The notes under the pieces are model-generated. The model did no database searches, was not told the DNA's origin, and saw only the letters and a program-made list of their open reading frames with translations. From Candidatus Spongiisociaceae bacterium (GTDB lineage Bacteria > Actinomycetota > Acidimicrobiia > Spongiisociales > Spongiisociaceae), in the NCBI GenBank assembly GCA_965219685.1, contig CBDCOH010000002.1:2784001-2848000 (forward strand): 64,000 nt of DNA. The letters are read 5' to 3'. Made by a program: the position numbers and the translations under genes. The stretch's first letter is position 1. The number at the start of each line of letters is the position of its first letter. Shown piece by piece: positions 1 through 10,556 of this stretch.

Positions 1-360
1 GAGGCCCTCCTGTACGGACCGACGCAGGACCTGATCCACCTCGTCACGAAGTTGGGACTCGAGAGCCTCCCGCGCCAGGAGCAGGGCCGCGGCAGGTGAT
101 AGACCACCCGACAGTCCTATGAGCATCGAATGCGTCAGGAGTTCGATCTCACCCTGCGCCGACTGGCGGGCAACGCGTGCCTCTCTCAACGCTCGCTGAC
201 GCTTGAACGCGAACCAGAACACGGCGGCACCGGCTCCGGCAACGGGATTGGAGAGGCCTATGGCAGCGCCGGCGGCGGCCACCAGGCGGAGTCCGGTCGG
301 GTAGACGGACAGGACTCCGTAGACCACGCCCGCGACGGCTAGAACCGTGAACCGGGTCAC
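1..360 (-). CDS. TadC-like type II secretion system F family protein (5' part; runs off window)
   Basis: GTG at 360 overlaps the TGA of the upstream gene. Translation by eye is VTRFTVLAVAG...SMLIGLSGGLSPAAALLLAREAL...; it lies after tadA/tadB. Confidence 0.7.
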   Translation of the reverse strand, partial: MTRFTVLAVAGVVYGVLSVYPTGLRLVAAAGAAIGLSNPVAGAGAAVFWFAFKRQRALREARVARQSAQGEIELLTHSMLIGLSGGLSPAAALLLAREALESQLRDEVDQVLRRSVQEGL

Positions 361-1043
361 GAGAGCCTCCTGCCGATCGCCAGGGTCATCACACCCCCGG
401 AGAGAAGGAGCAGGGAGCCGACCCCGACCAGGATGGGGCCGATCCGGCCCAGAGCCATGAGATCGGATAGCGAACCGGTGATCAGGGCGGCGGCCAGGCC
501 GAAGACAGGTACCGCGGTGAGCACCACGACTGACGCTCGCGCGGTCGCGCCGGCCGCTCTGGTCTCCCTTGCCAGTTCGATCCGGTCAGCCTGGATACCG
601 GCCAGGGTGGCGAAGGCCGAGGCCACCTGCCCGCCGCTCTCCGCCCCGATTCGCATTGCCGCGGCAGCAAGACGACCGGTTGCGGGCAGAGCCTCGGATG
701 CGGCCTCAGCGACTTCGCCCATCGGGCGTCCCGACCGGGCAAGTCGCACGACGTAGGCCAGATCGAGCCCGGGCGCCCTCACGCGTGCCTCGACCAGGGC
801 GTGGCGAAGGCTGCGCCCGGCCCGTAGCTCGGCGCTCACCGCCTGCAGGTAGGCGACTTCCTGGAATGGATCGGATCTGCGGGCACGGAGACCCATCCAG
901 GTCGCGAGACCCAGGCCGGCCAGGCTCGCCCACCACGGCAGGAGGACGGCCGCGCCCAGCGCAAGGGGTTCCCAGAATCGTCGCGGCCGTAGCGCGACCC
1001 CGACCGCGACCATCGCCGCGATCAACACCGCGACTCCCGGCAT
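357..1043 (-). CDS. TadB-like type II secretion system F family membrane protein
   Basis: ELRAGRSLRHAL and GAESGG motifs, C-terminal TM helices, located downstream of the CpaF ATPase. Confidence 0.75.
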   Translation of the reverse strand: MPGVAVLIAAMVAVGVALRPRRFWEPLALGAAVLLPWWASLAGLGLATWMGLRARRSDPFQEVAYLQAVSAELRAGRSLRHALVEARVRAPGLDLAYVVRLARSGRPMGEVAEAASEALPATGRLAAAAMRIGAESGGQVASAFATLAGIQADRIELARETRAAGATARASVVVLTAVPVFGLAAALITGSLSDLMALGRIGPILVGVGSLLLLSGGVMTLAIGRRLS

Positions 1044-2083
1044 CCATCCTGGTCCACCTCGGCGATAACCTCGATGCGACGGTGAGCATCCCGCCGGGTC
1101 AGATGGACGATGAGGTCGACGCCCGAGCGGAGCTGGCGGCGAACCGCCACCTCCCCCACACCCTCGCCCGACAGAGCCAGGGTCTCGAGTCGCCAGAGCG
1201 CGTCTTCGGGACCGTTGGCATGAACGGTGGAAAGGCTGCCGTCATGACCGGTGTTCATAGCGGCGATCATGTCCAGGGCCTCGGGGCCTCTGACCTCGCC
1301 GACCACGATCCGGTCAGGCCGAAGGCGCAACGCAGTACGGACCAGATCGGCGAGAGTCACCCGACCCCGGCCCTCGGCGTTGGGAGGGCGCGCCTCGAGA
1401 CGCACTACGTGACCGCGAAAGCGGAGCTCGGCTGCATCCTCGACGGTAACGATCCGCTCTCCGGCGGGTACGGTGGCCGCGAGCGCGTTGAGCAGGGTCG
1501 TCTTTCCGGTCCCTGTGCCGCCACTCACGACAATGTTCTTCCTGTCCACGACGGCTCGGTGGAGATAGGACCGTTGGCCGGTGGTCATCGAACCCCAGTC
1601 GACAAAAGTATCCAGGTCGGGGGCCACTGCGGTGAAACGTCGGATCGCGACGACCGGACCTTCTACGGAGACCGGCGGGATCACGGCGTGCAGACGGCTT
1701 CCGTCCGGCAACCGGGCACTGAGCAGCGGGCTCGCCCGGTCGAGGCGAAGACCCAGCGGGCCGATGGTGCGCTCGACGGCCGCCAGGACCGCGGCGTCGT
1801 CGACAAACACCACGTCAGTCGGTTCCAGGACGCCGCCTCGCTCCACCCACACCTGGTCCGGACCGTTGACGAAGACATCCGACACGGCCGGATCCCGGAA
1901 CAGGGGCTCTAACGGACCCATCCCCACCAGGTTGTCAACCACGAGATCCACCGTCTGGGGCGAGGCCAGTGGCGACTCGATGGAGAGGATGCGCCTCACC
2001 TCGGCCTCCGCTCCTTCGCGGCTCAACTCGACATCGGACTCGAGAACCCGTCGCAGGACACGGTCGACTACGGCCATGGCCAT
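1022..2083 (-). CDS. tadA: CpaF/TadA family pilus assembly ATPase
   Basis: Walker [33 protein letters not shown] and [13 protein letters not shown] motifs. Start trimmed to MAMAVV. Confidence 0.9.
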   Translation of the reverse strand: MAMAVVDRVLRRVLESDVELSREGAEAEVRRILSIESPLASPQTVDLVVDNLVGMGPLEPLFRDPAVSDVFVNGPDQVWVERGGVLEPTDVVFVDDAAVLAAVERTIGPLGLRLDRASPLLSARLPDGSRLHAVIPPVSVEGPVVAIRRFTAVAPDLDTFVDWGSMTTGQRSYLHRAVVDRKNIVVSGGTGTGKTTLLNALAATVPAGERIVTVEDAAELRFRGHVVRLEARPPNAEGRGRVTLADLVRTALRLRPDRIVVGEVRGPEALDMIAAMNTGHDGSLSTVHANGPEDALWRLETLALSGEGVGEVAVRRQLRSGVDLIVHLTRRDAHRRIEVIAEVDQDGCRESRC

Positions 2084-2598
2084 CTCCAGACTCCCGCCCA
2101 GGAGCGAAGCCATCTGCCGGCGGGCGCTCTCCGGGCGATCACCGATGCGATCGCGGTGCGATCCGGGCAGTTGACAACGGGACCGGGTCCAGGCTTGACC
2201 CTTGCTATCCCTGTTCGGACCCACACCCGCGGTCTTGCCTTGGTGTTGACCCCAGGCATCAAGGGCGCCACCTCCGCGAAGGGGATCCCGGGAATCGGCT
2301 TGCGAGCCCTGACCACCACGCACGGCCACGAGTCGACCAGCGCCGAAACCACCGGCGCAGCCGACGCGACATCGATTCCCCCATGGGGCAGTACGGCAAC
2401 CCCCGATCTCGGAGGAACCAGTTCGGCCAGGGTCGGCTCCTCCTCCACCAGGCGCGCAAGGGTCCGGTTGCCGGGCAGGGGAATGCCGTCCAGGTCGAGA
2501 TCGATGACAAGCACCGTCCTCTGGAACGAGGCCAGGGCAAAGGGCGCCACCACACCGAGGACGTCGTCGTGCAGGGTATGGACGGCTAGCGCCACCAT
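2068..2598 (-). CDS. Ssd/CpaE-like (degenerate MinD-like) accessory protein
   Basis: VLVIDLD motif. Occupies the Rv3660c (ssd) position between the HAD hydrolase and tadA. Confidence 0.55.
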   Translation of the reverse strand: MVALAVHTLHDDVLGVVAPFALASFQRTVLVIDLDLDGIPLPGNRTLARLVEEEPTLAELVPPRSGVAVLPHGGIDVASAAPVVSALVDSWPCVVVRARKPIPGIPFAEVAPLMPGVNTKARPRVWVRTGIARVKPGPGPVVNCPDRTAIASVIARRAPAGRWLRSWAGVWRWPWP

Positions 2599-2806
2599 TT
2601 CCCATCTCGTTCCGGACAACAAGGATGATGGCTTGGTTGTCGATAGTTTGTATTTGTTAACATACCGCCAATGTACCGCACCGGTAGGCCGGTGTGAACC
2701 CCCTTGTCTTGCGGGTGGCGAAGAAAACCTCAACGGTCGGATTGGCGCGACACCGGACAACCTCCCGGCGGGCGCACAAGCGGCTCCCCTACGAGCGGGC
2801 CGTAGA

Positions 2807-3634
2807 ATGCACAAGGTGATCGCGACCCCCCACACCGGGAAGGCTGCCGCCTTCTTCGACCTGGACAAGACCGTCATCGCCAGGTCCTCGACCCTGGCGT
2901 TCGTCCGGCCCCTCCGGAAGGCGGGAATGCTGAGCCACCGGGCCGTACTGAAGGCCGCCGTGGCGCAGGCCATCTATCGAACCGTCGGCGCCGACCAGGC
3001 GAAGCTCGACCGGCTGCGGGATCAACTGGTCGGCATGAGCAAGGGCTGGAAGGCAGACCGGATCCGCCGCCTGGTGCAGGAAACCGTCGATGAAGTCATC
3101 TCTCCGCTCGTCTATGCCGAGGCGTTGGCCCTGATGGACGCGCACCGGCGGGAGGGCCGGAAGATCGTCATAGTTTCCATCTCCCCCGAGGAGGTGGTCC
3201 GTCCGCTGGCCGGGTACATCGGGGTGGACCACGTGATCGCGACCCGCTCTGCGGTGGACGAGGATGGTCGTTACGCCGGGCGGATCGCCTTCTACGCCAC
3301 GGGAGAGGCGAAGGCGGAGGCCGTTCGTAGCTTGGCCCTGCAGTGGAGTCTGGACCTGGAACGATGTTTCGGCTACTCGGATAGCTCGACCGACCTGCCC
3401 ATGCTCGAGGCCGTGGGACGACCCGTCGCCGTCAACCCGGATCGCGCTCTCCGGGCGGTCGCGACCGAGCGGGGCTGGCCGGTAGTCGAGTTCGACAGCC
3501 CGGTGACGCTGCGGACCCGTCTCCAGACCCTCCCCAGGCCCGGCGCACCCTTGGTGTCCGGGACCGCATTGGCCACCGCAGTGGTCGGCGCAGTGGCGCT
3601 GTGGGCGTTGAAGGCCCGGCAGAGAGCTACGTGA
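2807..3634 (+). CDS. HAD-IB family hydrolase (Rv3661-like)
   Basis: AAFFDLDKTVIA, YSDSSTDLPML and AVNPD motifs; C-terminal TM segment; divergent from the tad locus. Confidence 0.9.
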   Translation: MHKVIATPHTGKAAAFFDLDKTVIARSSTLAFVRPLRKAGMLSHRAVLKAAVAQAIYRTVGADQAKLDRLRDQLVGMSKGWKADRIRRLVQETVDEVISPLVYAEALALMDAHRREGRKIVIVSISPEEVVRPLAGYIGVDHVIATRSAVDEDGRYAGRIAFYATGEAKAEAVRSLALQWSLDLERCFGYSDSSTDLPMLEAVGRPVAVNPDRALRAVATERGWPVVEFDSPVTLRTRLQTLPRPGAPLVSGTALATAVVGAVALWALKARQRAT

Positions 3635-3722
3635 GCCGCGCATGCCGGCCGGGGCGTGAATAGGATTCCGGGGATGGGCGGCGTCCGACACCCCAGGCCC
3701 GAGCCTCCTGCCACGTCGAGCG

Positions 3723-4628
3723 ATGTCGCCTAGCGCCAGGCGGATCCTGTCCTTCCTCGGGATCCTGGCGGTTCTGATTGCGGCGTGGGAAGGTTACAAG
3801 TGGATGGGCACCGCGACGGGCGGCGTCTGGCCCGGTACCGGTGTCCAGCTACCGGTGCGCACCAACGAGCGTTCGATGCCCCACACGTGGGACGTGGTCA
3901 TCGCCCTCCTCCGCCCGGCACGCCGGGGGGGTGACATGCTGCTGCTGGTCCTCCTGCGGGCCGCTCTCTTCACCTGGCGCTCCGCCCTCCTCGGGTTCCT
4001 GCTGGGGAGCGCGGTCGGTTTCGGGCTCGGCGTGTTGTTCGTGCGTTCGGCCCTCGCCGAGCGCGGCCTGATGCCCCACGTGGTTGCCTCCCAGACCGTT
4101 CCCATCCTCGCCATCGCTCCGATTCTGGTGGTCTGGGCCGGTCGCCTGAACATCTCCCGCTGGCTGGTGGTGGCGGTGGTCTCGGCCTATCTGGCCTTCT
4201 TCCCCGTCGCCATCAACACGCTGCGGGGGCTGCGCTCGCCTGACGCAACCGCGTCCGAGCTCATGCGGTCCTACGCGGCCACACCGAGCCAGGTGCTGTG
4301 GAAGCTCCAGGTGCCCGCAGCGCTGCCGTACCTCTTTCCCGCCCTCAAGATCGCCGCGACCGCCTCGATCATCGGCGCCATCGTCGGGGAACTACCCGCC
4401 AGCATGCCCGACGGACTGGGCCGGGCCATACTCAACTTCGCCGCGGCCTTCTCCGCCGCCCCGGAGAAGCTCTTCGCGTCGATCCTCGTCGCCTCGCTGG
4501 TGGGTATAGGGTTTGTCGGCATCGTGGTCCTCGCCGAGCGAGTCCTGATACCGCCCTCCCGGCGATTGGAAGACGTCAGCGATGCGGCGGGGTCACGGGG
4601 CGGTGGTCCGAAGGAGGTAGTCGCATGA
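3723..4628 (+). CDS. NitT/TauT family ABC transporter permease
   Basis: SQTVPILAIAP, EAA-like loop, GAIVGEL. Confidence 0.9.
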   Translation: MSPSARRILSFLGILAVLIAAWEGYKWMGTATGGVWPGTGVQLPVRTNERSMPHTWDVVIALLRPARRGGDMLLLVLLRAALFTWRSALLGFLLGSAVGFGLGVLFVRSALAERGLMPHVVASQTVPILAIAPILVVWAGRLNISRWLVVAVVSAYLAFFPVAINTLRGLRSPDATASELMRSYAATPSQVLWKLQVPAALPYLFPALKIAATASIIGAIVGELPASMPDGLGRAILNFAAAFSAAPEKLFASILVASLVGIGFVGIVVLAERVLIPPSRRLEDVSDAAGSRGGGPKEVVA

Positions 4629-5398
4629 GCGCGCTCGACCTGCGCGGGGTCGACAAGGTTTTCAACCCCGGCTCGGACCATGAGGTACGAGCAGTCCACG
4701 GCATTGACCTCCAAGTGGAGCGAGGGGAGTTCATCTCCGTCATCGGACCGTCCGGATGCGGGAAGTCGACCCTCCTGCGGCTGATCGGAGACCTCACCCC
4801 GCCCACCGCCGGCACCGTGTCGGTCAACGGCAAGACCCCTGCCCAGGCGCGGCTCGACCGCGACTACGGCATGGTGTTCCAGTCTTCCACCCTTCTGGAT
4901 TGGCGAAAGGTGCAGGCCAATGTGGAACTTCCGCTCGAGATCATGGGAATGGAGACCGCCGAACGCGCGCGGCAGGCGGCGGCCATGCTCGAGTTGGTCC
5001 AACTCGAGCAGTTCGCCGGCCATTACCCGTGGCAGCTGTCGGGGGGGATGCAACAACGGGTAGCCATCGCCAGAGCCCTGGCCTTCAAGCCCTCCCTGCT
5101 GCTCATGGACGAACCCTTCGGGGCTCTTGACGAGATGACCCGCGAGCGGATGCAGTACGAGTTGCTTCGCATCCGGGCCGAGACGGGAACGACGGTGGTG
5201 TTCGTCACCCACTCCATTCCCGAGGCCGTGTTCCTGTCGACCCGGGTCGTGATCATGTCGCCCCGTCCCGGAAGCATCACCGAGGTGGTGGAGATCGACC
5301 TCCCGGAGCCGCGCTCCTACGAGACCCGCGAGGACCAACGATTCTTCGAACTGCTCACCAGCGTCCGTGAGGGACTGAGGGCCGTGGAGGCGTTGTGA
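4625..5398 (+). CDS. NitT/TauT family ABC transporter ATP-binding protein
   Basis: GPSGCGKST, LSGGMQQR and LLMDEPF motifs; ATGA overlap with the upstream gene. Confidence 0.93.
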   Translation: MSALDLRGVDKVFNPGSDHEVRAVHGIDLQVERGEFISVIGPSGCGKSTLLRLIGDLTPPTAGTVSVNGKTPAQARLDRDYGMVFQSSTLLDWRKVQANVELPLEIMGMETAERARQAAAMLELVQLEQFAGHYPWQLSGGMQQRVAIARALAFKPSLLLMDEPFGALDEMTRERMQYELLRIRAETGTTVVFVTHSIPEAVFLSTRVVIMSPRPGSITEVVEIDLPEPRSYETREDQRFFELLTSVREGLRAVEAL

Positions 5399-6183
5399 CC
5401 AAGCATCGGGACTTCCTAGCGAAGGTCTACTACCGGCTCCCCGCCATCGGGATCTTCGTGGGCGGGCTGATCATCTGGGAGACGGTCGTGAGAGCCTTCA
5501 ACATCAAGGGTTTCATCCTCCCGGCGCCCACCGCGATCGCCACCACGTTCGCTACCGAGACCTCCGACCTGCTAGCCGCCGGAGCCGGGACCTTCTCGAC
5601 CGCGCTGGCCGGCTTGTTGCTTGGCAGCGTCGTGGCGGTGCTGACAGCCCTGGCGGCTGCTCGGTGGCGCTTCGTGCGCGACGGGGCCCTTCCCTTCGCG
5701 ATCGCGGCCAACTCGACCCCGATCATCGTGCTGGCGCCGATCGCCAACTCCTGGTTCGGGCTCCGGAGCCCGTTCGGCTCGATCTTCGTCGTCGCGATCC
5801 TGGTGTTCTTCCCGGTGATGATCAACCTCGTTCGCGGACTCCTCTCGGTCGAGGCCTCGCAGATCGAGCTGATGGACTCCTACGCAGCCGGCCGGCGCAC
5901 CACCCTGTGGAAGCTGCAACTACCGAACGCCGCCCCTTACCTCTTCTCCGCGCTGAAGGTGGCCGCCGCGCTGAGCCTCATCGGCGCCATCGTCAAGGAG
6001 TTCTTCGGAGGATCCCAGGAACGGCTCGGCCAGTACATCACCACCAAGGCGGGACTCCTCCAGTTCGAGGAGGCTTGGGCGGCGATCGTACTGGCCTCCG
6101 TGTTCGGCATCGCGCTGTACAACGTCGTGGTGCTGGTCGAACGCCGGATCATCCCCTGGCACGTGTCCGTTCGCAACGCCTGA
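5395..6183 (+). CDS. NitT/TauT family ABC transporter permease
   Basis: Hydrophobic, paralogous to 3723..4628; GTGA overlap. Confidence 0.9.
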   Translation: MTKHRDFLAKVYYRLPAIGIFVGGLIIWETVVRAFNIKGFILPAPTAIATTFATETSDLLAAGAGTFSTALAGLLLGSVVAVLTALAAARWRFVRDGALPFAIAANSTPIIVLAPIANSWFGLRSPFGSIFVVAILVFFPVMINLVRGLLSVEASQIELMDSYAAGRRTTLWKLQLPNAAPYLFSALKVAAALSLIGAIVKEFFGGSQERLGQYITTKAGLLQFEEAWAAIVLASVFGIALYNVVVLVERRIIPWHVSVRNA

Positions 6184-6407
6184 ACACCCCCGGGCAGACG
6201 AACGCGGCGATTCGTCGACAGCGTTCCCGTTTCAGTCGTCACCGGGTATGAAAGAGCGGCTATCCTTCCGCGTTTCCCCCGAAGGGCGCTGTCAAACCGG
6301 GGTGGAGCGTGGCTGCGGCGCCGCTCTGTGTCCAGGAGGGTCCGAAGGATCGCTGTGGCGGCGGACGATGGGGCGCCGGACGGGCGGAGCACTATGAAGG
6401 GAGCGAA

Positions 6408-7490
6408 ATGAGGAGATTTCGAGTAGTCACCGCGCTGGTGGCGGCACTGGCACTGCTTTTAGTCGCCTGCGCCGAGGACGAGGCTGAACTTACCCCGATC
6501 AACCTGCAGCTCCAATGGGTGGCGCAGGCACAGTTCGCCGGCTACTACGCGGCTGTCGATCAGGGGTTCTACGCCGACGAAGGACTGGACGTGACCATCC
6601 TCGAAGGCGCGGTCGAGATCGTCCCCCAACAGGTCGTGGCGACCGGAGGCGCCGAGTTCGGCCTTGCCTGGGTTCCCAAGGCCCTGGTCTCGAACGAGGA
6701 GGGCGCCGGCCTGGTGAACGTCGGCCAGGTGTTCCAGCGGTCCGGGACGCTGATGGTCTCATGGGCCGACTCCGGTATCAGTTCACCGAGCGACTGGGAA
6801 GGCAAGATCGTCGGAAACTGGGGATTCGGGAACGAGTACGAGTTGACGGCCGCCATCGAGAAGTTCGGTGTGAACGTGGACGAACTGGTCGCGCAGAGCT
6901 TCGACATGGAAGCGCTGCTCAACCGGGAGATCGATGCTGCCGAGGCGATGATCTACAACGAGTACGCCCAGGTCCTGGAGGCGACCAACCCCGATACGGG
7001 CGAGTTGTACCAGCCCTCCGACCTCAGCGTGATCGACTTCAACGACCCGTCGATTGCGACGGCGATGCTCCAGGACGCCATCTGGGTGACGGAGACGTAT
7101 GCAGACGAGAACGCCGAGACCGTCGAAGCCTTCCTGCGGGCCAGTTTCCGTGGATGGATCTACTGCCGTGACAACCCGGACAGTTGCGTGGACATCGTCC
7201 TCGCGGCCGGACCCACTCTGGGGCGAAGCCACCAGGCCTGGCAGATGAACGAGATCAACGGCCTCATCTGGCCGTCACCCCTCGGCATCGGCGTCATGGA
7301 CGGAGCCCTGTGGCAGCAGACCATCGACGTGGCCACCAGCCAGGGAGTGATCCAGGGCGTTCCGGGCGCCGGCTCGTACCGGACCGACTTCGCCCAGAGC
7401 GCGGTGGACGCGCTGGAGGACGATGGACTCGACACGGTCGGCAACAACTGGCGACGGGTCGACGTCCAGCTGAACCCGGGCGGCGAGTAG
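6408..7490 (+). CDS. NMT1/THI5-like ABC substrate-binding lipoprotein (probably pyrimidine)
   Basis: Lipobox LVAC; LQWVAQAQFAGYYAAVDQGFY motif. Confidence 0.88.
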   Translation: MRRFRVVTALVAALALLLVACAEDEAELTPINLQLQWVAQAQFAGYYAAVDQGFYADEGLDVTILEGAVEIVPQQVVATGGAEFGLAWVPKALVSNEEGAGLVNVGQVFQRSGTLMVSWADSGISSPSDWEGKIVGNWGFGNEYELTAAIEKFGVNVDELVAQSFDMEALLNREIDAAEAMIYNEYAQVLEATNPDTGELYQPSDLSVIDFNDPSIATAMLQDAIWVTETYADENAETVEAFLRASFRGWIYCRDNPDSCVDIVLAAGPTLGRSHQAWQMNEINGLIWPSPLGIGVMDGALWQQTIDVATSQGVIQGVPGAGSYRTDFAQSAVDALEDDGLDTVGNNWRRVDVQLNPGGE

Positions 7491-7660
7491 TACCCGGATC
7501 GACGCTCAACAATCCAGAAGGGACAGCGAACCGACAGAACCGGCTCGCATGATCGGCGGGACCGTGCCGGGCGAATGGTCACGGTCCCGCCCATACCCGA
7601 CGGCAAGCCGTCCGGTTGCGCTCTCCCGATGAAGAGAACCAGGGGATCGGAGAGATAGCT

Positions 7661-8503
7661 ATGGCAAACATCGTTCGGGCGGCGCTCCTGCAGGCTGCAT
7701 GGACCGGTGACCGGGAGTCGATGGTCGAGAAGGGCGCCCACTACGCGTACGAGGCGGCCGACCGGGGCGCCCAGGTGATGTGCTTCCAGGAACTGTTCAA
7801 CGGCCCCTATTTCTGCCAGGTCCAGGACGACGACCACAAGGACACGGCCGAGGCGGTGCCCGACGGACCGAGCACGCAGCGGATGATCGAGGTCGCCCAG
7901 GAGACGGGCATGGTGCTGGTCGTCCCTCTGTACGAGAAGGAGGACGACGGCTTCCTCTACAACACCGCGGCGGTCATAGACGCGGACGGCACCTATCTGG
8001 GCAAGTACCGCAAGACCCATATCCCGCACGTCAACGGGTTCTGGGAGAAGTTCTACTTCCGGCCCGGGAATCTGGGCTACCCGGTGTTCGACACCGCGGT
8101 GGGCCGCATCGGCGTGTACATCTGCTACGACCGGCACTTCCCCGAGGGATGGAGAGCCCTGGGCCTGGCCGGCGCCAAGATCGTGTTCAACCCATCGGCC
8201 ACCAGCCGCGGGCTGTCCATGTACCTATGGAACCTCGAACAGCCTGCCTCGGCGGTGGCCAACGAGTATTTCGTGGGCGCCATCAACCGGGTCGGCAAGG
8301 AGCCCTACGGCGACAACGACTTCTACGGCTCCTCGTACTTCGTGGACCCCCGGGGGCAACTGGTCGGCGATGCGGGCTCGGACACCGACGAGGAACTGGT
8401 GATCAGAGACCTCGCGATGGACCTGATCGATGAGGTGCGCAAGACCTGGGCCTTCTACCGCGATCGTCGCCCCGACGCCTACGACCCCCTCGTCGCCCCC
8501 TGA
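7661..8503 (+). CDS. Nitrilase-family beta-ureidopropionase
   Basis: Glu-Lys-Cys triad motifs FQELF, YRKTHIP and ICYDRHFPE; FWEKFYF; operon context. Confidence 0.88.
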   Translation: MANIVRAALLQAAWTGDRESMVEKGAHYAYEAADRGAQVMCFQELFNGPYFCQVQDDDHKDTAEAVPDGPSTQRMIEVAQETGMVLVVPLYEKEDDGFLYNTAAVIDADGTYLGKYRKTHIPHVNGFWEKFYFRPGNLGYPVFDTAVGRIGVYICYDRHFPEGWRALGLAGAKIVFNPSATSRGLSMYLWNLEQPASAVANEYFVGAINRVGKEPYGDNDFYGSSYFVDPRGQLVGDAGSDTDEELVIRDLAMDLIDEVRKTWAFYRDRRPDAYDPLVAP

Positions 8504-8597
8504 CCGGCTCGGCGTGAAACCGACCGGGGTCTGGCTGCGGGTTGGCCACCGGTGGGGGCGGGTGACGGCTCACTCCGACCCAGGGTCCAAGCGCCGT

Positions 8598-8861
8598 TCA
8601 GCCCATGGCCTCCAAGATCGCGACGAGCCCTGCCACTACCGCAACGATCCCGGCACCCTGCAGCCACAACGCTCGGTACATGTCAGCGCGCAGCCTGGAC
8701 TCGACGCCGGCCAGTTCGGTCTTGAGTACGTCGCGGGTCACCAGCGGACTTGTCGCATCACCGATGACCTCAACAACGCCTTCGGCCGCTTGTTCCTCCA
8801 TCCCTGAGGAGCGTAGCTTGCGGACTCCAGCATGCGTGTCGAAGGTCGGTGCGGTCACCAT
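8598..8861 (-). CDS. Small DUF1640/CCDC90-like coiled-coil membrane protein
   Basis: FDTHAGVRKLRSSGMEEQAAEGVV...LVTRDVLKTEL with a C-terminal TM helix; strong RBS GGAAGGAG. Confidence 0.7.
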   Translation of the reverse strand: MVTAPTFDTHAGVRKLRSSGMEEQAAEGVVEVIGDATSPLVTRDVLKTELAGVESRLRADMYRALWLQGAGIVAVVAGLVAILEAMG

Positions 8862-9246
8862 ACTCCTTCCGTATACTCCTTCCGTTCTACTCTGCTAATC
8901 ATAGTATCTGTTGTTAGTTATGAATAGTCCGCTCTCTGGCATAAAGCTATGATCCCGGCCTCTGCAGCTTCCACGGTCACCCCTTCAAGACCTAGTTCCC
9001 GTCGGTGGGCGAGGACTTGCACAGCTTCCACTTCGGCAAGCCGTGGCGGACCAGATCTTGCGCGGAGTTGGCACTGATCTCCAGGCAACTGTCCGGCCAG
9101 TCGCCGGAGAGATCGCGTACCGGTAAGGTCGATATACCTGCCCGCGAGCCGTGGGTCGGCAATAACCAGTCGACCGGTACAACCGGGCTCGCTTGCGAGG
9201 CCGGGAAGTTATCCTATGGGCTTCACCCGACAAACGGAGGACGGTC

Positions 9247-10542
9247 GTGGGAATCCATGCTGACCTGCTAGAACGCCACCGGGCGGTGATCCCCCCATGG
9301 GTGGGTCTCTACTACGACGAGCCGATCTCGCTGGTGGACGGGGAGGGTCGCCACGTCATCGATGCCGAGGGGAACCGCTACCTGGACTTCTTCGGCGGGA
9401 TCCTGGTGACGATCGCCGGCCACCGCGTGCCCCGGGTGGTGGAGGCGATCAAGGCACAGGCGGACCGGATGCTGCACGCCTCCACCCTGTACCTGATGGA
9501 GTCACACATCGAACTGGCCGAGCAGATCGCCGAGTTGTCGGGCATCCCCGACGCCAAGGTCTTCTTCGCCAACTCCGGCACCGAGGCCAACGACACAGCC
9601 CTGATGCTGGCCACCCAGTACCGCCGCTCCAACCAGGTCCTCGCCGTGAGGGGCAGCTATCACGGCAAATCCCACAGCGCCATCGCGGTCACCGGGAACG
9701 CGGCATGGTCGGGCACCACCTTCAGCCCCTTCCAGGTGACGTACGTCCACGGCGGCTACAAGGTCCGCTCCCCGTTCGGACACCTGCCCGACGACCAGTT
9801 CATCGCCAGGTGCGTCGACGACCTCCGCGACCTGCTCGACATCGCCACGGCCGGCAACGTCGCCGCCATGATCGCCGAGCCCATCCAGGGGGTGGGGGGA
9901 TTCATAACCCCGCCTGACGGGCTGTTCGGGGCCATGAAGGAGGTGCTGGACGAGCACGGGATCCTCTTCATCTCCGACGAGGTCCAGACCGGGTGGGGCC
10001 GCACCGGCGAGCACTTCTGGGGGTACCAGGCGCACGGCATCGTGCCGGACCTGCTCACCTTCGCCAAGGGCCTCGGCAACGGCATGGCGATCGGGGGCGT
10101 GGTCGGCCGCAGGGAAATCATGGACTGCTACCCCGCCAACGCCATCTCGACATTCGGGGGTAACCCGATGGCGACCACGGCCGGCCTCGCCACGCTCGAG
10201 GTCCTGGTCGAGGACGACCTCCAGTCCAACGCGTACAAGGTGGGAGCCCAGCTGAGGAACGGGCTCGACCACCTTGCCCTGGAGACCGAGGAGATCACCG
10301 AGGTTCGGGGCAAGGGCCTGATGCTGGGCGTGGAGTTGTCGGACCCCGGCACCGGCCAGCCCGACGCGGCGCTGACCGGGGCCGTCATGGAGGCGGCCAA
10401 GGTCGAGGGACTCCTCGTCGGCAAGGGCGGTCTGTACGGGAACGTGCTGCGCATCGCCCCGCCCCTGTCCGTCACCGAGGCGGAGTGCGACGAGGGCCTG
10501 GCGATGCTCGACGCCGCCGTCCGTCGTGCAACCGGGGCCTGA
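9247..10542 (+). CDS. Class III PLP aminotransferase (beta-alanine/GABA type)
   Basis: YLDFFGG, NSGTEAN, AEPIQG, DEVQTGWGRTG, FAKGLG and TFGGNP motifs; GTG start after GGAGG. Confidence 0.9.
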   Translation: MGIHADLLERHRAVIPPWVGLYYDEPISLVDGEGRHVIDAEGNRYLDFFGGILVTIAGHRVPRVVEAIKAQADRMLHASTLYLMESHIELAEQIAELSGIPDAKVFFANSGTEANDTALMLATQYRRSNQVLAVRGSYHGKSHSAIAVTGNAAWSGTTFSPFQVTYVHGGYKVRSPFGHLPDDQFIARCVDDLRDLLDIATAGNVAAMIAEPIQGVGGFITPPDGLFGAMKEVLDEHGILFISDEVQTGWGRTGEHFWGYQAHGIVPDLLTFAKGLGNGMAIGGVVGRREIMDCYPANAISTFGGNPMATTAGLATLEVLVEDDLQSNAYKVGAQLRNGLDHLALETEEITEVRGKGLMLGVELSDPGTGQPDAALTGAVMEAAKVEGLLVGKGGLYGNVLRIAPPLSVTEAECDEGLAMLDAAVRRATGA

Positions 10543-10556
10543 AACCGAGACAGATG

